From: Eledone cirrhosa
Lineage: Eukaryota
Assembly: GCA_964016885.1 (NCBI GenBank)
Contig: OZ024743.1
Coordinates: 127,844,001-127,908,000, forward strand
Reading direction: 5' to 3'
Length of the DNA stretch: 64,000 bases
The notes below the pieces were generated by a model that worked only from the letters and a program-made list of their open reading frames with translations, was not told the origin of the DNA and searched no databases. Shown in pieces: positions 1-13,764 of this stretch; the first letter of the stretch is position 1, and every line of letters starts with the position of its first letter. A program made the translations under genes and the position numbers.

Positions 1-559
1 TACAGGCAATGTTTGGACATTTATTTCTTTTAAACTGTATAATATGAAAATTAATTTTTTTTTCTATCATTGTATACATGCCTGCATATGCACACACATT
101 TCTTTGTCACAAACCAACATGTTATCTATAGTATATGATCTTCAAGCGTTGTAATATTCTGCGAGATCCCTTTGGAGGTACCAAAACATGCTGTCGACAC
201 TTGCAGCTTAATTCACCTGCACCGCAACACGAGAAGGCTAATTGCAGCTGGATTCAAACAGTTTCGCATCTCGTTGCACACTCATCGTCCTATAGCATAA
301 CAACCTCCATCTTGTTACTTTACCCGACTCACTGGGAAAACAACAAATGGAACTGGACCAGTCAGCATTTCCACCATTTCTCCTATGGATTCGCCAGAAT
401 TATGGAATTACCGCTTCAACTACTACCCACCTAAAGATTCAACTTGCTTTTTTTTCTTTTCAAAGCAACTAACCATTTTTTCCTGGCTGCCTAGCACTTC
501 GGCAATTCATCTGGAAAGCCGACAATTTCTCACCTACCCATCATCTTCTTGCCAGCTCT

Positions 560-748
560 GCTACAACATTTACCATAACAGATCCAGCTATACAGCTCTG
601 GTATAACATTTACCATAACAGCTCTGGTATAACTCTTACCATAACAGCTATACAGCTCTGGTAAAGCATGAACAGCACCATCATTGACAACAGCTACTGG
701 TAAACTACCATAACATCTCCGGTACAACACTTACCATAACAGCTAACA
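560..748. repeat. Degenerate minisatellite (ttaccataacagct-containing units)
   Basis: About 5 imperfect copies of accataacagct / acagctctggta. Confidence 0.7.
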
Positions 749-1323
749 TTTAATGCAAGAACAGCAACTTTGTCCATGTCAGAAATCATCTGTTTTCTGT
801 TAGACGCCTGGTGGTCACGTATAAGTAGCAAAACAGCTAGTCATTTGACACAGCGGCTCAACACGGTCCTTAGTGCCTCATTTTTCTTCTTGCATGCATT
901 CTTTTATTCAATTTTTCATTGATGTATTCTCTTTCAGCATTTTTCCTGCTGATTCAATTTTATATATCGTCTTGCGACTAGGAAGGGGGCATTGCAGTGA
1001 CCTACATTCCGAGGGCTCAGTTCAGCCAATCGCCGCCAGCGTAGGAGAATGTATCTCGACACGCCCTGAGGGAAAATTCCCGCGTCGATTCAGAAATCTC
1101 TCTCTTGCTGCTTGGGACTCTGAGAGATGAACACGCGATAATGTAACGGTGAGATTTCCACTTTGGCCTGTCGACCTTCCTTTGGCCTGGCACAATGCCA
1201 CATTCTTTTTATAAACTTTAACTATCCAATTCAACAAACATTTACTTTGTGATTAATTTTGTCTCTTTCTCACTACAACAAATAAATATACATTCATCAT
1301 AATTATCCGTGTTGATATTCCCA

Positions 1324-1708
1324 TGGATTGGCAGTATTGGTAGAGGGTCGCACGCCATGCTTTGACGTATAGAGTTACGGCCCTTGCCATTCCGAGTTCA
1401 AATCCCGCCAAGGTTAACTTTGCCTTTCATCCTTACGGGGTCGATAAAATAAAGTACCAGTAATGCACTGGGTAATTGCTGGCCTTGTGCCTAACGTAGA
1501 AACAATTATTATACCTTGTGAATTGGCAGTATCGGTAGAGGGTTGGACGTAACTATGCTTTCTAGCATAGTTACGTCCCTTTACAGTTTGAGTTCAAATC
1601 CCGCCGACGTTAACTTTGCCTTTCATCCTTACGGGGTCGATAAAATAAAGTACCAGTAATGTACTGGGTAATTGCTGGCCTTGTGCCTAAAGTAGAAACA
1701 ATTATTAT
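1324..1708 (+). mobile_element. Two tandem tRNA-derived Nin-domain SINEs
   Basis: A box tggcagtatyggt, B box gagttcaaatcc, core gcctttcatccttacggggtcgataaaataaagtaccag, tail gtagaaacaattat. Confidence 0.85.
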
Positions 1709-1773
1709 ACCTTTCTGCTAAAATGGTGACTCGACGTGAGTCTTGGTGATATCTATTATTATAAACAACTGCT

Positions 1774-1872
1774 GAGGTTGACTTTGCCTTTCATCCTTAC
1801 GGGGTCGATAAAATAAAGTACCAGTAATGCACTGGGTAATTGCTGGCCTTGTGCCTAAAGTAGAAACAATTA
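1774..1872 (+). mobile_element. 5'-truncated Nin-SINE with TSD
   Basis: Core plus tail; flanked on both sides by attataaacaactgct. Confidence 0.85.
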
Positions 1873-1884
1873 TAAACAACTGCT

Positions 1885-3000
1885 AAAGGCTTTTGATACG
1901 GTGAATAGAACTGTCTTATGGAAGATTCTAGGCTGAGATCAGTTCTGAGAGGTTTTCATGATGGTATGCAAACTTGTGTCGATATCAGTAGACAGGTGTT
2001 AGATCCTATTTTTGTTGAAAATATGGTAAAACAAGGGGATATACCACCACATACACTGATTACATTATATTTCTCTATGGTTTCCTTTGGCATTTAAAGA
2101 CTACACACATTGAATTTCTATCGTAACGTTCGATGGGTAAGTTGCTTAGTATCAGGCAATTTGTTGCTAAAACAAAGGTCTTCGTTTCTTTAATACATGA
2201 ACTTTTGTATGCAGATTATTGCATTCTTGTTTCTCACCCTGAGAGTGACATGCAGCACCTGATGGATTCTTTTTCGGGGGCATGCAGCCAGCACATTAGG
2301 TCGGACAATCAGTCTGGCTATGACAGGTGCCATGTATCAACCTGCTTTGGGCAAGGATTTCATTGACCCTAGCATTTATGTGTATGCCAAAACATTGAAG
2401 GTTGTGGATAAATTTCTGTATTTAAACAACATAGTAACATGACGAACACCCTTGATGATGAAATCTCTTTACAGTTAAGAATGCAAGTGCTTTTTTCGAT
2501 AAATTAGATGGGTGTCTCTGGTGTCGAAATGGGATGACCATTGATACAAAGTTAAAGGTGTACAGAACATGTGTATTGTCTTCATTGTTGTATGCGGGGG
2601 AAACTTGGGTTATATACCAGCGAAAGATAAAAATGCTTGAACATTTCTCAACAACAGTGTATTCGCCAAATACTCGATATCTATTGGCAACCACATATGA
2701 GTGATGTTGAAGTGTTGGAACGAAGTCGTTTTGAAAGTGTTGAATCTCACATAATTAAAAATAGATTGCGCTGGAGCGGCCATGCTGCAAGAATGCCAGA
2801 TGATCGTATTTACGAGAAGTTAGTCAAAGGTAAACAGCCAAAACATAAACCAAAACTCATGTATAAAGACTTCCTCAAGAGGGCTTTCATAAAATAAAAA
2901 AAATCAGAAAAGATAACTGGGAAGACATCTTACAATACATCTTACAAGAAAACAGTTTTAATGGAAAACAGGAACTGGAAAAATCTCGTATTAGGTATAA
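1885..3000 (+). mobile_element. Degraded RTE (BovB-like) LINE RT fragment
   Basis: KAFDTVNR, LLYADY, RLRWSGHAARMPDDR motifs spread over frameshifted ORFs. Confidence 0.85.
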
Positions 3001-3064
3001 AAGGTTAAAGAGAGGTCTACATAAGGGTCTACACGAATTATTTTACTTAGATGTTCAGATGCTC

Positions 3065-3690
3065 AAAATGACTTCATGTAAAATGAATGTGGCCGGTTTT
3101 ACCCGAGTAAAGGGGCAAGTGGCATAGGAGAGAGGATAGGCGAACACCGGGGATGAACTAAAAGCACAAAAAGACAGTTCAGTACTATATGAATACGCCA
3201 TAGTAAGACATGATGGAAATATAGACAACAAGGAATTTGAAATAATATCTAAACATAGGACAAATTAGGGAAGCATGCACAGACAAACAATAGTGATCTA
3301 AGATAAATATAAACAAATATACACAGGTACAATGACAACAACCACACATAAACACACACTAGTGACCAAAGATAGAATACAAACACACACACAGACTCAG
3401 ATAAGAACACACACCAAACAGAAACGCATGTGCAAACAGAGACAACAATAAATAAATAAAATAGAATAAGAAAACATTACAGCAATACAACGGGAGGAAA
3501 CATAATAATAATACTGATGATGTCACATGTGTGTGACGAAAGAACTCTTTGAGAAACTATATTTATATCTATATTTTTAACTGTTGGTCAATTAATGATG
3601 AAAATTGATTGCCAGCTGAATTAATTATAGAAATTTCTGGCAATATTATAACAACATGACCCTCCCCAAATATAACAATATAACAATATA
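3065..3690 (+). mobile_element. Penelope-like 3' remnant (GIY-YIG fragment plus pLTR)
   Basis: ECGRFY..ERIGEHR..SSVLYEYA..H..EFEII, followed by a CTGATGA..GAAA motif. Confidence 0.65.
3507..3560 (+). ncRNA. Hammerhead-like motif (degenerate)
   Basis: CTGATGA-t-GTCACA tgtg TGTGAC-GAAA; stem I weak; truncated paralog near 46520. Confidence 0.45.
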
Positions 3691-3698
3691 TATATATA

Positions 3699-4755
3699 CT
3701 AGCCGAATTACCCGCACCTTGCTGCGTTTCACACATTTTTTGTTTGTTTGTTAGAAAATGATGATTGATTCTAAATCAGTGATATAATTTATGGAGAAAA
3801 ACTCTGCATTTCAATATTACTCAATGTAAAATGTAATGCTTGAAAAATTATTTTTTGTAATATATCAAATCAAAATTACATTATTAAATCTTATTCTTAT
3901 TTTGTTTCTTGTAAATAATTTTTTTCAAAATATCAATTCAAAACTTAATCATTTCCTTTTTGTGTAAACCATTATTTTCAAATTAGAAATTCAAAGTTTA
4001 ATTATTTATTTTTTAACATAATAAATACATGAAAATATATTTCATACTTTGTCCTAATGAAGAACGTCAGAGTAAACAACATTTCTTGTCTTTCTTTGAT
4101 TGGCTAAAATGTAGAGATTTTTTGAAATTCCAGTCCTTGAAACAGCCACATGAAACATGCCATGACTGAAACATGGGTTTGTCAGATCTATACTAATAGT
4201 TTTGAAAGTTTGACATTGACTCTTATTGATGTTCATGGTAAAGCAGGGCCTCACTGGGAACTGCAGCCTCTTAAATGTAAAAGGCAACTCGCTATCACTT
4301 GGGAGAAGTGGAATCCTCGGAATGAGAAGAGCTTGACCTTTGTAAGCCCCGAATATAATGGTTGCTTCAATCAAGTTCTCATGCAATCTTGTTACAACAC
4401 ATCTTGTTCCATTTATTGGCCAATATTTTCACTATAGGGGGTTTAACCGCCATTAGGGTGTCTTAATATTATTGAAATTTGCTGAAATGTTGTGAATAGG
4501 CATCATATCAGTTACCTATGGTTTACATTTCATATAAATCGAAGGGAATAAACTTTCAGCGGGGGTTAGTGCCCCCGGGAACTCCCACCCCAACCCCAAG
4601 ACCCTTGATTAAAATGAAATATACTTATCCAAGTACCCTGGGCAATGTAGTTTCAGAATATATATGGTTATGGGCTCTATCTCCAAAACCATAGGAGGAG
4701 TTCGTGAACAAACAAACAAACAGACAGGAACTACAACTTTATATATATATATATA
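3699..4755 (-). mobile_element. Internally deleted Helitron with Pif1 helicase C-terminal fragment
   Basis: ORF 4054-4386 RLQFPVRPCFTMNINKSQCQT..HGMFHVAVSR; 3' hairpin plus CTAG at 3699; 5' tatatataaag merges into (TA)n. Confidence 0.85.
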
Positions 4756-4816
4756 TCCCGTTAAGGGTGAAAGCAGCGATTCTTTGCTTAAACTTTAATC
4801 TGTTATTTTAATAAAT

Positions 4817-4875
<59 letters not shown>

Positions 4876-4990
4876 ACCAAAATTAAATTAAGGATGTCAT
4901 GTCTGAGAAACATGCGCCATAACCTCTGTAGAATATGCTCAAAGATTCCAATGAATAGATCCGAGCATTTATATCAACTAGAAATCGCTT

Positions 4991-5059
<69 letters not shown>

Positions 5060-5061
<2 letters not shown>

Positions 5062-5700
5062 AACATATGAAACAATCACAGGGGATAATTTGTAAAGAGT
5101 GAAAGCACACACAGCTAGGTAGGTAACTAATTAAAGTTTAACGAGAATTTCAAATATAGATACCTTTTAAAAACGATTAATCTCCTTTGTATATATTTCA
5201 TTAATTAAAGAAATATATTTCACCATCAATCGGTAAATCACAGTAGTCAAATCTCGGATCGTCAGCAAAGGAGAAGATTTAACTATCTGTGTTTACACAG
5301 CACATGCAAATCTGTGAATGACTAGAAGCACGTGTTGCATTTTAAAAAGCATACACACATCGTACCATCGTCTTCACAGTGGCATGAATAGGATTGTCGA
5401 CAGCTAGAAATAGCAGCCAAGTCCTTTCAACTGAGTTACCTCTACAATTAAGGAGCCGTATATATAACGTTGCTGACGATCCGGGATTTGACTACTATGA
5501 TTTACCGATTGATGGTGAAATATATTTATTTAATGAAATATATACAAAGGAGATTAATCATTTTTAAAAGGTATCTATATTTGAAGTTCTCGTTAAACTT
5601 TAGTTAGTTACCTACCTAGCTGTGTGTGCTTACACTCTTTACAAATTATACCCTGTGATTGTTTCATATGTTTATTATATATATATATGTATTTCAATCG
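5060..5700. mobile_element. Inverted-repeat PLE terminus pair (arms ~5060-5270 and ~5470-5680)
   Basis: Arms are reverse complements; each carries CTGACGA..GGT-GAAA-TATA-TT; flanked by (TA)n. Confidence 0.65.
5468..5535 (+). ncRNA. Hammerhead-like motif, long stem II (antisense copy ~5205-5270)
   Basis: CTGACGA at 5473, GAAA at 5517, palindromic TATA loop; stem I imperfect. Confidence 0.45.
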
Positions 5701-5715
5701 ATTTTTAGTTGATAT

Positions 5716-5792
<77 letters not shown>

Positions 5793-5892
5793 CAAGATGT
5801 ATGGTAGGTCGTATGTGAATCGCGATGATCACGCCTGACCTACCAAATATGCCACGGTAGCTAGTTAAGCTCTATGCGTATAAGCAGAGCAG

Positions 5893-6011
5893 AAATATTA
5901 ATGAAAAAGAACAAAGGAACTATTATGACATTATAACAAGTTTATTGCCGAGAAACGGCTGTCGGCAATAAACTTGTTATAATGTCATAATAGTTCTTTT
6001 GTTCTTTTTCA

Positions 6012-6018
<7 letters not shown>
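5893..6018. repeat. Fold-back palindrome
   Basis: ~57-bp arms around the loop gaaacggctg. Confidence 0.9.
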
Positions 6019-6097
<79 letters not shown>

Positions 6098-6102
<5 letters not shown>

Positions 6103-7790
6103 GTGGTAAGGAACCAGATGGACCATAACGCACCAAAGTACTCAATACTTAGGGTAGTAGAGTGGGTAATAGGAACGAGTAGGACCCCGACGGCTGAGCT
6201 CAAGCCGTTTCGACGGCTAATTCTGGACTAAATGAACATTTTTATCCTGGTACATGAATAGCCGAGCTTCCCAGGGCGTAATTCCATATATGGTAAAAGT
6301 GATTGTCACAAGGATTGGTCAAAAGTTTGTTGTTGAGACACATAATTCTATCATGGCATTTTGTGGAAGTAAGGGGTGGCTGAACTTGCCAGTAGAAGAA
6401 AGAGGGAGAGGGAGTGGAGGAAACCCAGTCGTGCGTTGATAGTGCCAACTACAAGCAGGATCCTAAGGATAAGAGGTCAAGAAAGTATACTAGGGAGAGA
6501 AGGGGGAGGAAGTCGAAACAATAAGTAAATCAATATGAAGTAAATATATAGAAGAAGAATAAGAATGTTAAAAATATAAAAAAAACAATTTCTGGTTACT
6601 ATTCCCTTACCACAATCATCAAGTCTCTCACTGGTACTGCCAAACTATGGAAAAGTTTAATAGGTGGGACGGAATACTAAATACGAGATTGTAGTGAAAG
6701 AATTTTATGAGTTAGTAGTAATCGTCCAAATCTATCTTACAGTGACAGGTCAACAAGTAGGGGGCCAAAGTACTAAAGAAATTACTACGAAATAAAAATT
6801 CAGAGCCCCGAAACTAATACGAAATAATAATTCAGAATCCCGAAAAAGAATACTAATACGATATATAAGGGTGCCGCTACGGTACAAATATTCTAATACA
6901 AACTACATAAATGCTCGTACGATATATATGAAAAATTTGATACGAAAAATTAATTCAGAATCCCCCCACCCTCCAAAAATAAATACTGATATACGAGAAA
7001 CTAAAGCAGAGATACCACTAAGAAATCTAGAAAGCACGGAAAAGGGGCAGCCATCGGATAAGAAAGCAAGTATCTGGGGTCTATCACATCTGCTATAAAA
7101 AGCGGAGTCGGCCAATTCTATCATAGAATAGGGGATGGGGTGGGGGTACTGAGGCTACAAAGGACCGAAGGGCTGCCTCGGGGTGGGCGAGAAAGTGAAG
7201 AGGACGACGACAAAGGAGAACTGGGGTGGAAGGACTGGGAAGGGATGGGGGAAGAAGGAAATACAGAGGAAACGATAAAAAAATATATAAGAAAATCTTA
7301 CGTCTACCTTTGCAAGCAGGGGTTACCCATTACAAAGTCGGCAAGTGGGGTGTTACAGCCCTTGTCTACCCCCCCCCCCCCCCCGGGTCATTATGGGGTT
7401 TGAGGGCGAGGTAAGTCCTACGCAATCTGTGTTTGCATGCAGTTACCAGTTCGCCTTTCTTGTTTAGGAGTTGGTCCGTCGAAAACACCATTTGTAATGT
7501 TTCCTCTGAGCTTAAATTACACGGACGGCCTCCTCCCGTGTAAGAGTTGGCTCTGGACAGTAAGCACCAAGTGAGATCATAGATTATATTGTTATCTTTG
7601 AGGTCCCAGATGTGGCCCGAAAGTGTGGTGGCGTGACTTTTGACCAATCCTTGTGACAATCACTTTTACCATATATGGAATTACCCCTGAGAAGCTCGGC
7701 TATTCATGTACCAGGATAAAAAATGTTCATTTAGTCCAGAATTAGCCGTCGAAACGAATTGAGCTCTGCCGTCGGGGTCTACTCGTTCCT
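6098..7790 (-). mobile_element. 5'-truncated Penelope-like element with inverted pLTR
   Basis: GIY-YIG C-terminus (TTLSGHIWDLK..RPCNL) 7366-7640; 6180-6325 is inverted at 7645-7790; (TA)n on both sides. Confidence 0.85.
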
Positions 7791-7797
7791 ATATATA

Positions 7798-7845
<48 letters not shown>

Positions 7846-8350
7846 TAAACGGAATAGAAAATGCTGACAAATTGTTCACAGTGAAAAATAGTTTAATTAG
7901 GAATAAGTGAGAATTAGTAATAGTATTGGTTAGTATTGAGTTTTGGTTTTTACCGGTTGCGCATTTCTAATGCTTTTCAAAAATAATTTTGAGATAGAGC
8001 GTCCGTGATGTTTGCTCTGATCTGATTAGTTTGGGGAATTCTACCTGTTTTTATGTTAAAAAAAAGTGGCTCCAGCGGTATTAAAATAAGTTTTGCGTCA
8101 ATTCGTGTTGCAAAAATTCTTGTGGTCAAAACAATTTTGATTGGTCGGTAGAGGTCATGTGAATGTAAAAAATTGATTTTGCGCCAAATGTAGGTTTGTG
8201 TCGGCTGACTGAGAAATAAGTCTTTCACAACAAATATGTGTGTGTGTGTGTGTGTAGTAGTAGTAGTAAAGAGGTTCGTTGTTGTGATAATGGTCAGCAG
8301 GGATGTGTGTGCGAACCGCAGCCTGTTGACAGTTCAAATGCCTATTAAGA

Positions 8351-8455
<105 letters not shown>

Positions 8456-8573
8456 CAGAGTAATTCGTGGTAGAGGGATGGTCAGTAGGAATGTGTCTGT
8501 AAGTGTGTGGGGGATATTTTAACATGTTAAAAGATATTTTTTCAGCTCTTGTCTTATACGGAGAAGTGTGTGT

Positions 8574-8609
<36 letters not shown>

Positions 8610-8827
8610 TAATGTACGCGTGTGTATGTGTGTGTGTATATATATGTGTGTGTGTGTGAGAGAGAATGTGTGTGTGTGTGTGGGTGGACCAGTATTTATT
8701 ACTGGTAAAATGGTGTATATTATTCGATATTTTCAGTAAAATCGATTCTCTCAATAGAACATCAAAAACCTTAATAATAAAAGGTGTGAAATGTTATATA
8801 GTATTGGCATAATACCAAGGTGTGTGT

Positions 8828-9035
8828 GAGTGTGTCCAGATTTTACGTACTGCAAGGGGGATCCATTGGGCCTTACCGTATTGGAATACCTGTGCACAAA
8901 TATGTATCTGGAGTGTGTCCAGAAATTGTATACCTGGGCACAAATATGTATCTGGAGTGTGTCCAGATTGTACGTACTGCAAGGGGAATTCATTAGGCCT
9001 TGCCGTATTGGAATACCTGTGCACAAATATGTATG
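8828..9035. repeat. Tandem duplication (~80-bp unit x2 plus a partial copy)
   Basis: gagtgtgtccagat..tacgtactgcaagggg..gtgcacaaatatgtat repeated. Confidence 0.8.
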
Positions 9036-9282
9036 TGCCCATCAGTGTGAAATGCATGTGTGCGTTTATGTATGTGTGTGTGTCGGCACGTTTATATCTA
9101 GAGACATCAAAAGGTATGCAAATTTGTGTATATTTGTGTTGCACCATAGAACATGTGTGTTTACGTATGTCATTGTGTTTATATGTAGGTAGAGATGTAT
9201 GCTGATGTAGGTATGTATGTTGATGTGTGTATGTTGTGGGTTCGTCTTAGGGAGAAGTGTTTAGACGGGGTCCGTATTTGTT

Positions 9283-9356
<74 letters not shown>

Positions 9357-9365
9357 ATATATACC

Positions 9366-9418
<53 letters not shown>

Positions 9419-9557
9419 TCATACATACATACATACATATATATATATATAACGAAGGAGTTGTGGTAAGGAACCAGATGGACCATAACGCACCAGAGTA
9501 CTCAATACTTAAGGTAGTAGAGTGGGTAATAGGAGAAAGTAAGACCCCGAGGTAGAG

Positions 9558-9639
9558 CTCAAGCCGTTTCGACGGCTATTTCTGGACTAAAGTAAGAGTT
9601 TTTTTAGTTTGGTAAATAAATAGCCGAACTTTTCAAGAG
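9558..9639 (-). ncRNA. Hammerhead variant (U3-A8 core, long stem II)
   Basis: CTC-TTGAAAA-GTTCGGCTATTT..AAATAGCCGTC-GAAA-CGGC-TT-GAG. Confidence 0.55.
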
Positions 9640-11311
9640 GTACTTCCTTATATGGGAAGATTGTAGTTGTCAAAAGGATTGGTCAAAATTTGTAGCAGAC
9701 ACACGAAAGTCTATCATGGCAGTGGGTGCGGGGTGCGGGTGGCTGAACTCTCCTGTAGAACGATAGGGGAGTGGGTAGAGCCGGTCAAGTATTGAAGGCG
9801 AAATCTACACGGCAAATTCTAAGGAATGTGTGTGAAAGTAGGCCAGAGGAGGTAGGCAAAAAAAGGTTTCTTTAGAAAAAGGAGGGGGGACGTTATAGAA
9901 TTGGTAAATCAAACAACACCGCTACCACAACATAATCAACAAAACCACTATCAAGTTATCCTACAGCACCACACCTAACTTCGCACAAAACGTCGTCTCC
10001 TCAAACAACAAAAAACTGAACCCCAAAGGAAGAAACAACCTAGAAATTAGTGGAGAGCCGACCAGGAGGTGTAACTGCCCTGATAGATCTACGTGCCCCC
10101 TCAACAACAGATGCCGAGAACGTAACGTGATCTACCAGTGCAACGTGAGGACGGACACCTCCAACAAAGCCTATATAGAATTAACCGCCTGTGACTTTAA
10201 GACCCGGCTCTACCAACACCGACATACGTTCCGAAAGCCGGTTCGGCGACATGCCACCACACTTTCGGGCCATATTTGGGACCTCCAGCATAATAATATA
10301 ACTTACCATCTTACTTGGAGCTTACTGTCCAGAGCTAACTCTTACACGGGAGGACGCCGTCCGTGTAACTTATGCTTGGAGGAAACATTACAAATGCTGT
10401 TTACGAAGAATCAACTCCTAAACAAAAAAGACGAACTGGTAACTGCATGCAAACACAGATTGCGGAAGACTTACCTCGCCCTCAAACCCCCTAACGATTC
10501 GGGTGGATAGACTAGGGCTGAAACACTCCACTTGCTGAGTAAGATAGGGAAAACCCTAACTTATATAGGTAGATGTACCTCTTTTCTTTTCCTCTGTTTT
10601 CTTCTTCCCTTTGTCTCCTCCTATCACTTCTTTCCACTACCGATCTTCTTCCTCGTTCGTTTCGTTGTTGTTGTTTTGTCCCCTTTCGCCTACCCCGAGG
10701 CAGTCCATCTTTAGCCTCAGTACCACACCCCAGTAACTTATAGATAGCATTGGCCGATTACGCTATACTAATTATTCATAGCAGCTGTGTCAGACCCCAG
10801 AGATGTGGTATTAATTTTTAATACCCAATTCTAAATTTTCAATAATTCTCATCTAGCAACTCATTTTATAGCATTGGCCGAAAAAGCAGAACCAACTAAA
10901 TATAGCAGCTGTGTTAGACTCCTTAGTTTTTGTTTTATTTCACTTCTCACTTTCTAATCTTACATTCTGATATATCTTTCTCTCATGTTTTATTATATTC
11001 TTTTTTTTTTCATTATATTCTTTTTTATATTTTTTCATTGTCCCCTATTCATATTTCATTTACCAATTCTATAACATCCCTCCTCCTTTTTCTGCCTACC
11101 TCCTCTGGCCTACTTTCACACATATTCCTTAGAATTTGCCGTGTAGATTTCACCTTCAATGCTTGACCGGCTCTACCCACTCCCCTATCGTTCTACAGGC
11201 AAGTTCAGCCACCCCCACCCCGCACCCACTGCCATGATAGACTTTCCTGTGTCTGCTACAAATTTTGACCAATCCTCTTGACAACTACAATCTTCCCATA
11301 TAAGGAAGTAC

Positions 11312-11394
11312 CCCTTGAAAAGTTCGGCTATTTATTTACCAGACTAAAAATAACTCTTACTTTAGTCTAGAAATAGCCGTCGAAGCGGCTTGAG
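11312..11394 (+). ncRNA. Hammerhead variant (U3-A8 core; GAAA changed to GAAG)
   Basis: Paralog of 9558-9639. Confidence 0.45.
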
Positions 11395-11419
11395 CTCTGC
11401 CGTCGGGGTCTTACTTTCT

Positions 11420-11458
<39 letters not shown>

Positions 11459-11934
11459 CTACATTGTGTAATGTGTCCTTTCTCCTTTGACTGCTTTTCT
11501 AGCAGATTGAGTAGCCATATAAAAGGTCCTTCTCTTTCCCTCTACCTCTGTAAGAGTGAATGTGTGTGTGTGTATGTGTGTGTTTCATTAATATACTAGT
11601 TGACCCGTACCGTCAATAATGATGGCAATAACATTCTAAATTTGAGTGTATATAAATTCTGGAATCATATATACCTGGAAACTTTGAGTTTTGGTAAATT
11701 AATAGTCTGCATAAAAGAAACCCTATAGTTAATGTAGAGCACTGACAGGTGGAAATGTATAAAATATGAATTGTATTTTAATAATATATTTCTAAGATAT
11801 AATTTCATAAATGTTCAGCATATATGTATAAGTGACATACATGATTAAATGTATAAGTACCTTCGGGAAAATAACTATATACAGGGTCAAATGCAGGATT
11901 AGAACCCAGGATCTTATGAGTGAAAAGCATTTCT

Positions 11935-12378
11935 AAGTCTAGCAACACGACTGAGATAGGAAATGCACAGTGAATGCAGAAGATATGCGTAGACTGGAGA
12001 GAAATAAAGCAGCCATGCTTCGTTGGATGTGCAATGTAAGTGTGAGAGAAAAGCAGAGTTTAGATGAACTGAGGAAGGAGGTAGGTTTAAGAGGAATGCG
12101 AGGTGGTGTGCAGGAGAGAAGACTGCGTTGGTATATGTGATACGCATGGATGATGATCGATTGGTGAAGAAGTGCCAAGAAATGCTAGTAGAAGGAAGCC
12201 GCAGTAGAGGTAAACCGAGAAAGATCTGGCGAGAGGTGTTGAAAGCTGACTTCAAATCGCTGAGACTTATAGAGGAGATGACGAAGAAATGCGGCAAGTG
12301 AAAAGATGCTGTGCTGAGAAGGACCCATCCAACCGATGCAAGCGTGGAAAAATGAACGTAAAAACGATGATGATGATG
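11935..12378 (+). mobile_element. RTE-type (RTE-X-like) LINE 3' end
   Basis: RRLERNKAAMLRWMC..ERRLRWY..RGKPRKIW; (GAT)n tail. Confidence 0.8.
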
Positions 12379-12400
12379 ATATACAGACACACACACACAC

Positions 12401-12456
<56 letters not shown>

Positions 12457-12495
12457 GATATTGACAAATGGAAACTATATTTATAAAACCATATT

Positions 12496-12560
12496 TATTT
12501 CATTATACATATTTCAAGGATACCAAGTTAAATTATGGTATGCCTTCATCAGACAAAATA
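12496..12560 (-). ncRNA. Minimal type I hammerhead ribozyme (mirror copy)
   Basis: Reverse complement of 12709-12773. Confidence 0.75.
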
Positions 12561-12708
12561 CAATATATACCAGTTTTATAAATAAACATTGACGTATCCT
12601 TTCAAAATGCGACCGTTACTTTTGGAAGACATCATGATGTCTTCCAAAAGTAACGGTCGCATTTTGAAAGGATACGTCAATGTTTATTTATAAAACTGGT
12701 ATATATTG

Positions 12709-12773
12709 TATTTTGTCTGATGAAGGCATACCATAATTTAACTTGGTATCCTTGAAATATGTATAATGAAATA
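12709..12773 (+). ncRNA. Minimal type I hammerhead ribozyme
   Basis: TATTTTGT-CTGATGA-AGGcATACCA..TGGTATCCTt-GAAA-T(ATGT)A-TA-ATGAAATA. Confidence 0.75.
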
Positions 12774-12938
12774 AATATGGTTTTATAAATATACTTTCCA
12801 TTTGTCAATATCGTATATCTACTCCAAATACTTGTCGAGTGCTTTATATCAGTTATAAAAATATTTGCTTGTTGTATCCCAACAATTTAAATATATAATT
12901 ATATATTTAAATATATAATTATATACAATTTAAATATA

Positions 12939-12980
<42 letters not shown>

Positions 12981-13216
12981 TAAAATGTGGAGAAGGAGCA
13001 CACGAGTTGGAATATATATATGTAAATAGGGGGAAAAAAACGATTATTAGGAAGAAAAATATTTTTTTTCCTTTATTTTTTCCTTTATTTTTTTATCTTT
13101 TTTCTGGGTTAGAAAATGTTTAAAACAAAATATATTACATTGTGTGAAGTGTTAAGGAATTAGTTTATTTATTAATTAATTAACAATAGCATTTATTTAT
13201 TTATTTAATAATTGTC

Positions 13217-13252
13217 AAATACCGGTTTCAGCATTTTATGTATTATCAAATT
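13217..13252 (-). ncRNA. Hammerhead variant (U3-A8), degenerate
   Basis: TTGATAA-TACATAAAATGCT-GAAA-CCGG-TA; paralog of 14492. Confidence 0.4.
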
Positions 13253-13358
13253 ATGTGAGTGGGAGAGAAAAAAAAAGGGGGGGGGGTTGTATTGGTATAA
13301 AATGTAGGAGAGAAGATAAGGTGATATTGAAATTGGAAAGAAAGAATATTATTTACAA

Positions 13359-13545
13359 GGGCGGTGGATTGGCAGTATCGGTAGATGGTCGGACGCCATG
13401 CTTTGACGCGTAGAGTTACGGCCCTTGCCATTCTGAGTTCAAATCCCGCCGAGGTTAACTTTGCCTTTCATCCTTACGATAAAATAAAGTACCAGTAATA
13501 CACTGGGTAATTGCTGGCCTTGTGCCAAAAGTAGAAACAATTATT
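13359..13545 (+). mobile_element. Full-length Nin-SINE with TSD attatttacaa
   Basis: A and B boxes, core and tail. Confidence 0.9.
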
Positions 13546-13764
13546 TACAAACAAGGTTTTTGAAGTAAAAAAAAAAGTGGGTGATGTGGAACATGATAAG
13601 GTAATGGCAAAGAAAGAATAATATTATTTACAGGCATAGTTCTTGAGGATAAGCAGTTCAAAAAGTGTTATTATGGCAGGAGGGCTTAGAGGAGTTGATC
13701 CATGATGGAGGCAAATGGTAGTCTGCTACCATATTAGAGTATGGTGGTAACCGATCAGAGATGT

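Larger units (their letters stand above)
9450..11423 (+). mobile_element. 5'-truncated Penelope-like element with inverted pLTR
   Basis: GIY-YIG region 9950-10510 (CNC..CPL..VIYQCNV..AYIELT..FKTRLYQH..CNLCLEE); 11070-11423 is inverted at 9525-9870. Confidence 0.9.
12454..12816. mobile_element. Fold-back palindrome made of a PLE pLTR
   Basis: ~180-bp arms with no loop (centre gacatcatgatgtc); one hammerhead on each strand. Confidence 0.85.

Noticed and set aside
1142-1277. Solo LTR (TG..CA with short inverted ends)
   Set aside because: Very short, no TSD, PBS or second copy
1324-1872. tRNA genes or a CRISPR-like repeat array
   Set aside because: A and B boxes belong to SINE heads without a cloverleaf; repeats are SINE copies, with no regular spacers or cas genes in this eukaryotic context
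11596-11630. Helitron 3' end (CTAG plus hairpin, minus strand)
   Set aside because: No matching 5' end or similarity to the other Helitrons could be seen
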